Origin: Gnetum montanum
Lineage: Eukaryota > Plantae > Gnetophyta
Direction: 5' to 3'
NCBI GenBank assembly: GCA_015680685.1
Contig: MNCI01002465.1
Coordinates: 113,268 to 177,267 of the forward strand
DNA: 64,000 bases
Position 1 is the first letter of the stretch. Every line of letters starts with the position of its first letter. The translations under genes were made by a program, and so were the position numbers. The notes beneath the pieces were generated by a model that did not search any database, was not told the origin of the DNA, and saw nothing but the letters and a program-made list of their open reading frames with translations. Shown here in pieces: positions 24,368 to 36,832 of this stretch.

Positions 24368-27330
24368 ATGGTCCAACCTTAGCCTAAGTGTAACTAACTA
24401 ACAAGATGAGGTATCAAAACATTATAAGTTACACATTATATATACTAATCCTTGGATGTGTTATGACCACAGATGGAACCAAAGGAGAAGCATGCATAGG
24501 AGGGATGACCGTCACAACCACAAGACAAATGATCACAAATAAGAAGGGGCCAAGAATAGGCCTAAGAAGAACAAGCAATAAATTATGCTACAAAACCTCT
24601 TAGGGAGGAGCCAAAAGTGGAATCTGTCCATCTGATTCTAGAATAAGCAATAGTGACAAAGCAATCCCACCGAGATGGGGCATCAGCCCCATAAGAAAAC
24701 CTTAAGGTGACCTTGAGAAAAGCCTGTATTAAGTAGATCAAATCAAATGAGGTTTAGGAAATGGTGCTCCAAGAATTGAATTTTGGCTTTTTCTTGGAGT
24801 GAGCACCTTAAGAAGTACAAGATCAACTGAAGACCTCTCCCATGTGGTCCATCATTACTTCCAATAGGGAGTGGTACATGGGAGAGACATTCTTATTCTA
24901 GAATAATAGGTAGGTCAGTTCAATAGTCAAGATTAAGGAAATTTCAGTGTCCTACTCGATGCAGACCATTTAAGAGGCACTTGGGTTACTAGAAATTAGG
25001 GTGAATCTCACTAAGATTACAATATAGGTAGACCCCAGCATCAAGAAAGAATTCTTGCAACGATGTTATGATGTCAACTGTAAGGAGTATGGTGCACTTA
25101 CACTGATGGAGAGAATCTACTATAAGATTACAACCTTTCACCTCAATCCAATAGTTAGGCCAAGTAGGATCACTACCTTCTCCACCTATTTGTGTATTGC
25201 TCTAAGCAATAGATTTCCTATCAACCTTCCACAGCTAATATATCTTGAGATACAAAATCACTTCAAGGAGAATGAACGTGGAAGGAAGGCATTTGCCTTT
25301 CCATGCCTCATCAAAAAACTAGGTTGGAGGGGAGGGATAATCCACTATAAAAATGATGATTTCCAATGTGCTCCATTTGCTAATTGGATAGAGATGATGA
25401 AGGATAAAGTCCCTACAAAATTCATCTAAGAAGAGGAGTAGCAACCACCACCCCCAGCACCCACTTAGCAAATAGTTCCAAATATGATTGTAACTTCTCA
25501 ATGATTTCATGAATTCTAAGAATGGCTCTTGAGTGAGCAAGAGTAACAAGTAGGAATAAGTGGTGGCAAACCATCTATGTACCAGCCAATGATGAGTTAC
25601 TTGAATGAAGTGGCTTGAATAGTTAGCCAAATGGAGGGAGGTGGACTAATCTTTTCAACAAAGAAATGTAGTTGCCTACAAGATTGAATTCTAGCATCTA
25701 AGAGGTAATAGTATCTCTCTTGCAATAGTAGTAATTTCCAAAAATCTCTAGGAATACTACTACTTTTTTAGTACATTTGGAAGAGGATGAGGGAGCAACA
25801 ATTTTCATGATGCAGCACCTAGGGTAGGAGACAATAGTGGAGATGGTTGCTAATAGAATTGTTGAAACTCTAAATGAACCTTTGGTGTCTATACCAAAGG
25901 TCTTTGCACTTAAATATGTGCAAATATTTGTAGGGATAGGAAGTGAGAAGTTGAGTGTACCAAAACATGAACAATTTTTGGACCGACTATTGGTAACAGG
26001 GTAACCGATTCTAAATATTTTCAACCTTCTAGATAACATAACTATAACCTAGTTAGAACTACTAGAAGCAAGGGGTAAGAACATCAATTTTGAGGGGCAC
26101 CTTGATGTAGCCAAAGTGCTAAATGAACACTTGGTTGTAGAGGTTGTTGAACTAAGAGCCTATATTGCTGACCTTGCATTTCTCAACCTAGCATTGACAA
26201 AGGATAAAGCTCTTGAACAACTTCACACAAGATTGAAAGGGGTTGAGGGTGTGATGGAGATGGTGGTATTTTATCAATCCTTGGCAAAGGTCACTTAGCA
26301 TAAAATTTAGAAGACCTTGGATCAGACTTGCCAAGAGAATGTAGAATTGACCATAGAGAATCATCACCTATGAAATGTTAATGCAAAAAAGTAATAAATG
26401 GAAGATTTCATCGATCAACAATAGGAGTAGCCAGCCATAGTGAACACTGAGCTAAGGAGATTGGTAGCAGAAAACAAAAGCCTCTTCATTGAGGAGGTCC
26501 GTGCTCTCTGCCAAAAAATTACAATCAAAGTAGCCGCTTGGAAATTAGAGGCTCTCAAATTTGAGAGAGTCAAAAATCACTACAAAGAGCAAGTTAGTCT
26601 ACATAAAGAAGTTAATGAAAAGCACATCTAGTTGGTGAAGGCAAAAGTAAATGTGATTCACCAAAAAGGAAGAGAGATATGGCAACCTATCATTAATGGG
26701 ATAGATTCCTACAACAAAGTAGAGATCCACATGAAGGATTTGTAGATTGAAAACATGATAGAATACATGAAGCTCACCAATCTCTGATATGAAAATCTAG
26801 CTATGTTAACTATTGAATGGTAGTAGTTTGAATTGGAGAAATAAATGGCTAGCTCATACTTATTGTACAAGGTAGAGTTCAAGCTCTAGAAGGATACCAA
26901 GTAGAATCTTGCAGTGGAAAATGTGGAACTTGAGATTCTCAAGGTAAAGTTCATTGATCAAAGATCAACTACAAAGAACTTGTCCAAAAGGATGAATGAC
27001 TACCATGAGTGTAGAATGCACTTAGAGTGTTCAAAATCAAATGCAAGAAATTCACTACTTGGTAGGTTAATGTTAAGGAGTTATTCCTAGTAATGCCCTG
27101 TCCATGGGATATCCCCATTCTTGCCCACATTGATGATGCCACATAGATTGTGAATGATCTCTGGAGGAAGGAGGAGAAGATGAAGGCATTTTTGGATGCC
27201 TTTCACCTTCCATTAGAAGTGGTAGTTACAATAATATAGTAATAACCACCTTAACAACCATGTGCACCCTAAGCAGGGGAAGGTCCTTCGAAACCTCAAG
27301 AATCTCCATCAACTAGGACCATCTGATCTT
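24368..27330 (+). pseudogene. Additional sense ORF (env-like position) of element A, with a long charged, putatively coiled-coil C-terminus
   Basis: ORF pieces 25055-25429 (PINLPQLIYLEIQ...FAFPCLIKKL), 26116-26298 and 26440-26631. Homologous to 28606-30655 of element B (LEIQ..F.E...G....FPCLI.KL; PCPW). Confidence 0.7.
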
Positions 27331-27566
27331 TTCAACAATCTTCATGCCATCAGAGAATCTATTTTCCAATTTTATTCAATCATTTTCTGATGTTCAATTT
27401 CATTTCATGAACACCACAATTTTGTAATCAATGTTGATCTATACACCTAGGCACTTAGTTTTGTTTTGTTATGTTAGTTTTTTTGTGTCATGTGTTGGTC
27501 AATAATCCCATACCTACTTAATTTTGTAAGGAACTAGAGGACAACTATCATTTAGTCATGGGGGTA

Positions 27567-28455
27567 TGATGAAGATTTTTTGGTCAACTATGTTAATAAG
27601 ATGCTATTTATGTGACCCCATCGAGGGGATCCCATTGACGTAAGGTTTCTCACGTTGACGTGTACCCATCGACATGGCACCCTAGTAGGTCTATAAATAC
27701 AACACCCCAGCCATGTTAATGGGGAATTAGAATTTTAGTTGCTAGTAGAAATCTTGTAGTTTGTTTCCATAAGAGATATAATAATTTTCTAAGTGCCCAT
27801 AGCAAGAGTCAAGGAGTGTATGAATCTTTATTTGAGAACTATTGTACCTAAGCACTGCAGTGTGTGTGGTAATAAAGATAAGCTTTGTAATAAACCTTGA
27901 AGCACTTGGACTAGCTTAATGATTTATTTATGTATTTATTATTTTTCATTAATTAAGTGATTAATTAAGCTAATATGATTAAGAATTTAAGTAATTAATT
28001 AAGCTAAATAGACTAGCATACATAAGTACAACCACTTCGAGCATATGTATAACATTTGGTAATCCTAGTAACGCTTAACACTTGGTCACCCAATAGTGTT
28101 GTACATGTTTAGGATGTGTATGGAAAGTGGGACTAGATGCTTATGTTAGGATAGTTAGTTGTTAGTTAGAAATTAAATTAGTTAAACTAGTAAATTAATT
28201 TATTCTCAATCTATTACCAACCTTAGGTGATCAAAATATGAAATAATAAAAATCATGTGTCTCAATTACCCTTAACCATATAATTGAGCCTCACAAGTGT
28301 AGTTGGAGAAACAATAATCATTCCATGATTAGATTTACATTCTACATTGAATCGTATTCATGAGAACACTAGGAATCCATGGAATTCAACTAGATCATTT
28401 GTAAATCGCTTAATGGTTTGTATAGCTGGGTGTAGGGGTGCCTTGTTGCTCATCA
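27567..28455 (+). repeat. 3' LTR of element A
   Basis: Follows the PPT; aligns with 15193-16077. Confidence 0.9.
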
Positions 28456-28605
28456 ACACCTAAGGGATTTTATTTTTTGAAAGTTTTCTAACTTTGCAAT
28501 CATAATAAGAAGAGGACTTGATCTAACTAAGGGTATGAGAAAAATATAGAATTATTAAGAAATGATTTCAGAACTTTAATAATTTCAAACCCTTATTGAT
28601 TGTAA

Positions 28606-30655
28606 ATGGTTCCAAAGAGACCAATAGTTGAAGGAACTTTCCAAAATGGAAGCAAGAGACCAAGAGGCCATGGGAGAGACCAAGTGGAAGAATGAACTCC
28701 CCAAGTAGAACATTTAGAGTAGGAGGCCTAATCATACAACATCCATTAACAAACTCCTACCATCAAGCACTTAGCCCAAGGAGAGGTAGAATTCTACTAG
28801 GACTTAAACAAGGACAATGCCTCACACTATCTCTAGAATGCCTCTAGGCCATACAAGAAAAATCCATCATGTCCATGGTCATTGCTGAACTAAACTTTGG
28901 TTCTTTCATGGATTTTGCTATAGAACTAGTGAATATGCAACTCCAAGCATCTCTTTTATGGCCTACATTATCCAAAAATGGTGAATGATATATAAGAAAA
29001 ACCTACCAATTTTGACAAAACAAATAGGTCAATGCAATAGTGAAAATTGAAGGAGTCTTTGTGCCATACTCAGTAGAGGAAATCGTAAAGGTCTTTAACA
29101 TTCCAAATGAAGGAGCAAATGTGACACATATTTCAATAATATTAGACACTAATGCTAAGAGGCTATGGTTGCAAAGGGTATATGGAAAAGAAGACAGACT
29201 ATAGTGAGCTTATAGATGAAGAAAAAATATACTTCAAGATTAGAACCTATCACCTATTTCCAAAAAAATGGCTTAATAGGATATCCACATATGTGGTAAG
29301 AGAAAGTGCAATCCTAATGAGAAAATTTAATGCTAACATCACCCATCTATTCTTTCTTGAGATCCAAAGATAGTTTGAAGAGAAGAAGGTAGGAAAACTA
29401 ATGCTTCCATTTCCTTGCCTTATTAGGAAGTTGTGCCACAAAGGGAAAGTTGGTCATGGTAGAAACTGGAGTTGAACATGCAAAAAATGAAGTGCAGTGA
29501 CTACAAGCAGGGTTGATGAATTTGAAAGATGAAAATAAAGACCTTATGTATTTCATAGTGCTCGATCAACTAGAACAATTCAAAATTGATTATGTGATAC
29601 AATTTAGTATCCACAATATGTAGATGGAAAGGGAGAAGGAGAAGGTAGTGTGGGATGCATCTGTGGTAGAAGCACAAATGTATGTACATGCCCAAGCACT
29701 CATAACCTTATAGGAGGAGAAAAAACAATTACCTATTGAAAATACTTGGTTGAAAAACATAGAAAAGTAGAAAAATATTCTTGAAGAGAGCATCCAATAG
29801 CTCAAAGAACAAATTGTCTAAGTCAACTAAGACATGAGTTACTTGACCAGAGAAAACTAAAACCTATCAATAGAAGAAGTTCATGCTATTTCTCAGAAAT
29901 TAGTGCATGGTAGGATGAGGCCAAGAAACATGAGTGGATCAAACAACATTTTAGTGGCTAGGTTGGCATGTACAAAAAGATAAATGAAAAAGAAATCTAG
30001 ATGGTGAAGGCCAGAATTAATTCCCTCTTTGCTTAAAATTCAGATTGGCAACCCATCTTGGATAGCCTTGCCCATGTCCACTAGGCCAAAGTGAAAACAA
30101 AGACTTGCACATAGAGGACCTTACAAAATACATGGGGTTAGTGAATCTCTGATACCATAACTTAGCAATGTTAATAGCTATCAAGCTAAGAAATGAGCTA
30201 AAGCAATAGGTAGTGGCAATTTATGCTATGTATGAAAAAGAGTTTATTGATAGAAAGGATGCATTACAAAAGTTACATGTGTCAAACTTTGAACTAGAAA
30301 TTGCCAAAGCCAACTACCACAGGCAAAAAGATGTAGCAACAAACCTGGTACATCACATGTCAAATTATCAAGAACTTAGAAAGACAACTAGAGCATTTGA
30401 AGAGGAGAGATGATAATTTGTAGCCTGGTACATAAAAGATAACAAAATGTTTCTGCAACTTCCATGTCCATGGAATGTACCTACTACATCCAAAATTACA
30501 TAATAAGTGTGGATTATAGATTACCTGAGGCTAGAAGAGAAGAAACTATAGGTGCTCTTAAATAGATATCAATTTCATAAGCTCGATGACAAGGGTAGGA
30601 AGCCAATGGAAAAACTCCATAGCCTAGAACATGAACTACATCATGCTACTTTAAA
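28606..30655 (+). pseudogene. Additional sense ORF (env-like position) of element B
   Basis: ORF pieces 29152-29373 and 30213-30413; shares motifs with A's ORF at 24368-27330. Confidence 0.7.
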
Positions 30656-30830
30656 TTTTATTTTTTTGTCATGTAACTATGTCATTTTTTAAAACCACTA
30701 TTGTGGCCTTCTAAGTCATGTAAATAGTTAGTAAGTCATATCAAGTCCAATCTACCTCCTAATTTTGTAAAGGTTTTCATCATCAATTTGTTTTAACTTA
30801 AGTATGAGTTTCCAGTTCGTCATGGGGGTA

Positions 30831-31684
30831 TCATAAAGTTAAATTTTCATTTGTTGAAATAGTAATGATGTCATAACCCATGCTATGTCATCATTGATAC
30901 TATGTCTTGAGATGCATGCACTCCTATAAATATTGACATTTGAATGCATGATCAACAATTTTTTATTCTAAGTATTAGGAAAATTCTTGTAGTTTATTTT
31001 CGTAGTTAGTGATAGAGTGAATGCCCATAGAGATGTTTAGTAGTTGAATGAAATATTTATTTGAGTGAATTGTACTTAGATGCAATTCATGATGGTAATA
31101 AAGATTAAGATTTCTTTCCATCATTGCAACATCGACTTAGTTCTTTGTTTACTTAGCATAATTTCTTTGTTTTCTTTACTTAATCATTTATATTTTCCAA
31201 GCACTTTATTTTACGTTTGAGTTAGTAAACTAGAACGAGTACGATTGGTTTTGAGAATTAAAGTGTAATCATTTGGTAATGCAGTAGTGGTTTCACTTGA
31301 TTCGCCTAGTAGTGAATTCACTTGGTAATCCTAGTAACGATTACATGAGTCCAAGGCATGTTTAGTAAACTAGTAACCAATGCTCATCACTATAGGCTAG
31401 AATACATTTACATTATTATTATTACTTAGACTTAGCATTTAACTTCATTTCTATTATGTTTATGGTTAGGAGTAAAATGAGCTATACAACATCACTTAAC
31501 ATATGCCTCACTGCGAGTTGAGCCATACATAGACTTTACTAACTGAAGGTGAGAAAACAATGATCATGAGCTTAACATCAACTACTAGCATAATAACATT
31601 ATCCATCCATGGATTACAATATGGATTCTTGTGAAAACTTGTGACTTATATGGTAGAGTGTTGGAATTGCTCCACTGCTCATCA
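30831..31684 (+). repeat. 3' LTR of element B
   Basis: Follows the PPT; aligns with 1032-1891. Confidence 0.9.
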
Positions 31685-34247
31685 CCTACCCATTGAAGCC
31701 ATAAAATCAAACAAAGGGGGAGAGTTCATAAATCAAGAATTCAAGTATTTTTGTACACAATAAGGAATTTTCAATTACACCACATGTGAATATAGTTCAA
31801 AATCAAAGGACATGATTGAAAGAAGGAACAAAACCTTACAAGACATGGTGAGGTATGTTCTTAAAAATGCTTAAATCTCTGACAACCTTTGAAGCATGAT
31901 CATGAGTGTAGCAACCTATATCACAAAATAGGATAATCAGCAACAAATACAAAGACAAGTTCCCATATACACATTTCTCTAATAAAATTTCAAATATAAA
32001 GCACATAAGAACATTTGGATGTCATTTTTATATTACGACTTTAAAATAATTCATAGATAAACTGGATATTGAAAGAAAGAAATGCATTTTTCTAGTTTAT
32101 GACACTAAAATAAGCGGATATACTTGTTGTGAATCTATAGAGAAAAAAAATAATATTTTCCTAGAGACATATTCATGGAAGATATATTTGGTATGATATA
32201 TTTCTAGATCTCAAATAAAAGAATAGAAGCTCAAAATGATTCCAAACTATGGGTACAATCAGATCATCCTTAAGAATAAACATTGAATAACATTTTTAGA
32301 AGAAGGCCAATAAGATCAAACACCATCAACAACATTACATACTTAGCCCTTTTTCTTAAACAAAAAAATGTAGAAAAAGCTTTGAAAATAAAAACATGGA
32401 AAGAAGCCATGAATAAAGTATATAAAGATATCATGAAAAAAACATAATTAGTTGATAAACCAAAAGAAAAAAATGATAATTGATTACAAGTGACTATACA
32501 AACTAAATTTAATGAAAAATGAAAAGTCATCAAACACAAAGTAAAATTATATGCAAGAGAGTTCAAATAAATGAAACACATAGACTATAAAAAAATTTTC
32601 GCTCCAAGTTTAATATTTAAAACCATTAAACTCATTCTCTCAATTGCTATCCATCATAATATCAAACTATGTTAGATGGATGTAAACTTAGCCTTCATTG
32701 ATGCAACAGGAATGAAAAAGTGTATGTTTGTCAATCATAAGGATACACCAACAAAGGTAAGGAAGATAAAGTTTACAAGCTAAGAAAGCCCTATATGGAC
32801 TAAAAAAAGCTCTAAGAGCTTGCTTCAATAGAATTAATGACTACCTACTAAAGAAAGGATACTCATCATACATATTTGAATCAACCTTGTATTATAAACA
32901 TGATACCAAGGATTTCATAATAATCTTTCTCTATATATATGATCTCATTTTTATAGTAATTAATGATAAACTAATAGAACACTTCAAGAAAAACATGAAG
33001 GATGAATTTGAAATGAAAGACCTAGGGGAACTAAATTATTTTCTTAAAATACAAGTTGATCAAGAAAAGGAGGGAATCAAAGTTTTCAAAATAAAATATG
33101 CAACAACCATCTTAGAAAAGTACAAAATTAGCAAGGAAAACACTAGTAAAACACCTCTTCCTCATAACATAAACTTAAGGACTAAACATAACATAATCCT
33201 TGTCAATGCCATCTTGTATAGAAGCATAATTTAAGTACTTAGGTTTCTTTGTTACATAAGACTAGATGTAGAATTTTCCACCTCTCTTTTATCAAGATTT
33301 AAGCAAGAGCGTAAACAATCTTATTTTAATTCTCTCAACCATGTATTAAGATATTTGAAAGACACAATAGACCATTGAATCATCTATACAAAAGGGGATG
33401 GAAACCTCATGCTTACTTAGACATTGATTGGAGAGGAGATCACAATGATAGAAAGTCTACATTAGGATCCATAATTTGTCACGGAAATAATGCAATATAT
33501 TAGAAATAAAAAAGCAAACTTTCATTAGTATTTCAACTTGTGAAGAATAATTTATTACCATGATAGAATGTACTTAACTCATCTTATGGTTAAAAAATTT
33601 CATGAATCATATTTTTTTTCAAATAGATATCTTCCCATTAACTTGTGTTATGACAATACTTCAGCCATAAAAACTTTATATGAACATGTGCTACATCAAA
33701 AAGTAAAGTATATTCATATAAAATATTATTTTATCAAGCAATAAGTAAAGGATGATAATATCAAACCATTTCACGTTAATACTAATGAACAACTAGCAAA
33801 CTTAGTTACCAAACCTCATCTTTAGTATAGTCATGAGCACCTTAGCTATAATATAGGCATCAAGAAGATAATAAGGAAAAAGAATAATGCATTACACACT
33901 ACAGGAGGGACTGTTATCATTAGTGTCTAATGAATCCACCTACAAAAGGATAAATAATTAAAAGTGAAAGTATTTTTTACTTATTTTATTAAGTTGGTGG
34001 ATGGATGTAAAATTTTTTCCCCAACTCACCTTTATTTTGCATAAATTACTTTACTTTCATAATAAGTAGTGACTTCTCAAGTTTTCCTAGAATTGAATCA
34101 ATCATTTCCTATAAATTGAAAAGCCATAGAAGAATGTAATGATAAGTTTTTTAGTAATAAAGTCATTGTAATGAATTTCCTCCTAACATTTCTCAACTTT
34201 TCCAACTATTTTTATGACATCAAGATCTTGTTTTCATACCATTAACA
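31685..34247 (+). mobile_element. 3' half of an old Ty1/copia element (host of B): integrase-RT-RNase H and 3' LTR
   Basis: Frame reads (KNTMDL)PIEAIKSNKGGEFINQEF...IERRNKTLQDMVR across the B insertion. RT (MDVNLAF; DEFEMKDLGELNYFL in ORF 32887-33234); RNase H (DHNDRKSTLG). PPT AGGAGGGAC then TGTTATC at 33912. LTR end uncertain (34188 or 34247). Confidence 0.8.
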
Positions 34248-34574
34248 ATAAATATTTTCATAATTTTTTTTGTAGTATTATTTCTTCTTTCAATCTAGAC
34301 ATTTCCTCTATTCCTCATTAAGGTTTAACAAGTTTTGCAAATCTTTAACTTCTCTCATCCATAATTCAAAATCATTTTTTTTCAAGAATTTTTCATTAAC
34401 GTCTTCCAATTTAAAAACTCTAAGGTCTTTTACAAGTTTCATTTGATTTTCCATTGATATTAAGAAAGAATCATTAAGTTCTTCATTCTAGATGTCAAAG
34501 CATTCCAAGGTAAATCCATGCACACAAGTCTTATAAAAAATTTATCATTAAAATTCAAGATATTAGTAAAATTT

Positions 34575-35045
34575 ACTTTCACCATGGCTTGTGGTGTGGT
34601 TTGGTCATGATATTGTAGGCTTCCTAAATCACAAGATCACCGTGATTCATTGTACTTTAGTTTTCTAGACTTCACAAATCATGAATTATGATTCACTTAT
34701 GATTAAGTATCATGACTTCATCATGACTCATGGTAAACGTATGGTGTAAACCATGACTCATGATTAACTTGTGGTTATATCAAAATAGCAACTATGACTT
34801 GTGGTTACCTTGTAGATCAAAATTTAAAATAAGGTAAGATCACCATGACTCATTGTGTGCTTATGGTCTACTAGCATGACTTTTGGTATTCAATAATTCA
34901 AAGTTCTTATCATTTCTCATCACCATGATTCATGGTCCACTTAGAAATTAAATCAATCTATTTACACCATTACTATGACTTGTGTTATAATACCAAGACT
35001 CATGGTATTACAAATCATGACTCTTGGTCAACTTATGATTGACAA
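34575..35045. repeat. Dispersed array (~12 copies) of a quasi-palindromic motif CCATGACTCATGG, probably CpG-decayed CCACGACTCGTGG
   Basis: Examples: TCATGACTCATGG 34721-34733, CCATGACTCATGA 34751-34763, CCATGACTCATTG 34843-34855, CCATGATTCATGG 34923-34935. Confidence 0.7.
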
Positions 35046-35199
35046 AAATTTATTCCAAACCTTTCACACTTATTTCATTATAAGTTCTTTTGTACTTTAA
35101 TTTTTACCTTTAGACTTAATAATCTATTAAACTAAGGTTGTAAATCCCCACTTAAAGAAAGAGTAGAGCATACATTTTATATTTTCTCTAATTTTATTA

Positions 35200-35354
35200 T
35201 TATCTCAAAAAAATTTGACTATAAGTTTACCCCAACATAATACATTAGAAGAACTATAGAGGAATATAAAAATGCCTCAAATATGACTTGAACTTGAAAC
35301 CTCTTACCTACAAATCCTTGTTAAACAATGAGCTAACCACTTGAGCCACCTTTC
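35200..35354 (-). mobile_element. Degenerate tRNA-derived SINE
   Basis: Minus-strand A box TGGCTCAAGTGG (35348-35337) and B box GTTCAAGTC (35293-35285) at tRNA-like spacing; 3' end uncertain. Confidence 0.55.
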
Positions 35355-36166
35355 AAAAATTAATTTTTTAATATAAACATCATACTATTGATAAGCTAGG
35401 AGACTAAGCATAGCATGGTAGGATACTTTGTCTTGATATACTTCCTACTATTATTTTCTAAGACAAATGACAAGAAGATTTATGATAGGTTTTCTTTCTA
35501 ATCTCCAAGGGGAGAGAATCCCAACGCCATTTGCAACCAACTAAAAAGACCTAGACATTTCTATAGGGCATTGACACCAAAAATCATAAAATAATTATGT
35601 GCAACATTATAAAGTTTACTTAAAATACAGGGTATGCATATCTACGAAAGTAGAAGAACACATAATTTATGGGCACCTCATCAACTCATCTCACAAGGAG
35701 TTACAAGTGTTGAATGTTTTCATTATGCATCCATGAATGTTTTCCCACAAGTTAAAGTTGGTAAATGCTTTTAAGATACATTTATAAGGAGAGTTTAGGT
35801 ACTTTTCATAAAAAGTGTGAGCATTTTGGTTGACCCAAATATTCTGAGAGACCTTTACCCATAATGAAATCTCATGCAAGTGATTATGAATGATGGCCTC
35901 TCTATAATCATTGCATAACATTGATCCCATAGGATTCCCATCCACATGCACACAAATTGACTTGTAGCCTTTGTAAACAAACATTCCTTGAAAAAGTGCA
36001 TTTTAGTTTTAATATTCTTATAGGAAAGGATGCATTAGAAGGCCATGGGGAAACCCCATCGTTGGTTTTTTCCTTGAGTGAGCACTACATAATGAGCCAA
36101 CAACCAAGCAAAAAGCATCATTTTTGGTTGAAAATGAAACCTTAAAATAAGGTCCCATCCCTTCAC

Positions 36167-36340
36167 TTTTTTTAGGGGGGAGGGAAGGGGGTGGGTGAGG
36201 AAGTGTTGGAACCCAAAATAAGTGAAATATAGATACACCCCAAAATTTATAGAAGTTTATCAGTTAGTGCGACCAAATAGAATCAAACTCGTGACTTGGG
36301 GTTACTAGGTCAAGACCCATACCACTAGGCTAATACCTCA
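36167..36340 (-). mobile_element. Degenerate tRNA-derived SINE
   Basis: Minus-strand A box TAGCCTAGTGG (36332-36322), B box GAGTTTGATTC (36290-36280), A-tail at 36173-36167. Confidence 0.6.
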
Positions 36341-36832
36341 TGTTTCCATCCCATAACTTTGGAAAATAATTCATTAGAAAAATATTAGATCCATTGTCTA
36401 TGGTTTATCAAAGCAAAATGCAACATATCTTCATGGGCTAAACAAAGTTGGGGGGATATATGTCCTTTAAGAATGTTAAAAATTCTATTGAATTGACCAT
36501 GTCTATTATCATCAAGAAAGACCAAATATTCATTTTTAAAGGTTATAACAGGTTTTTTATTTTTGGTTGAGAGACCAACTACCACTTGGCTAGACTTTAT
36601 CACAAAAAATAAATAATTATAGTCATAATTCTATGCAAGAGATGAAATTTTTCATGAGAATTATTATGAATATATAATGTTTAAGGCAATTAGTAATAAA
36701 AAATTTAAGGTTGTGGTGGGATGCTCTTGTTTAGTAGGTTACATATGCCTTACTATGATGTGGGGCTTACACTATTAGCCCCTATGTATATTTGCTAAAA
36801 TGGAATTATTTAACATTAGCTTTGGTTTTTCT

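Larger units (their letters stand above)
15193..28455 (+). mobile_element. Full-length degenerate Athila-like Ty3/gypsy retrotransposon (element A, ~13.3 kb) nested in B
   Basis: LTRs 15193-16077 and 27567-28455 (TGATG...CATYA). TSD ACACT (15188-15192)/ACACC (28456-28460). PBS TTGGTGCTGTTGCTAGGGAT 16078-16097 (decayed tRNA-Asp type typical of Athila). PPT CATGGGGGTA before 27567. Confidence 0.92.
1032..31684 (+). mobile_element. Athila-like Ty3/gypsy LTR retrotransposon (element B), degenerate, containing nested elements D and A
   Basis: LTRs 1032-1891 and 30831-31684, both ending CTCATCA. TSD CCTAT (1027-1031)/CCTAC (31685-31689). Decayed tRNA-Asp-type PBS TTGACACTGCTACTGCAGAT at 1892. PPT CATGGGGGTA 30821-30830. 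Gag-PR-RT-RH-INT relics at 9079-13100. Confidence 0.9.

Noticed and set aside
35691-36603. Minus-strand ORFs 35691-35984 and 36385-36603 look protein-like
   Set aside because: No recognisable motif; probably decayed transposon coding sequence, not callable without a search.
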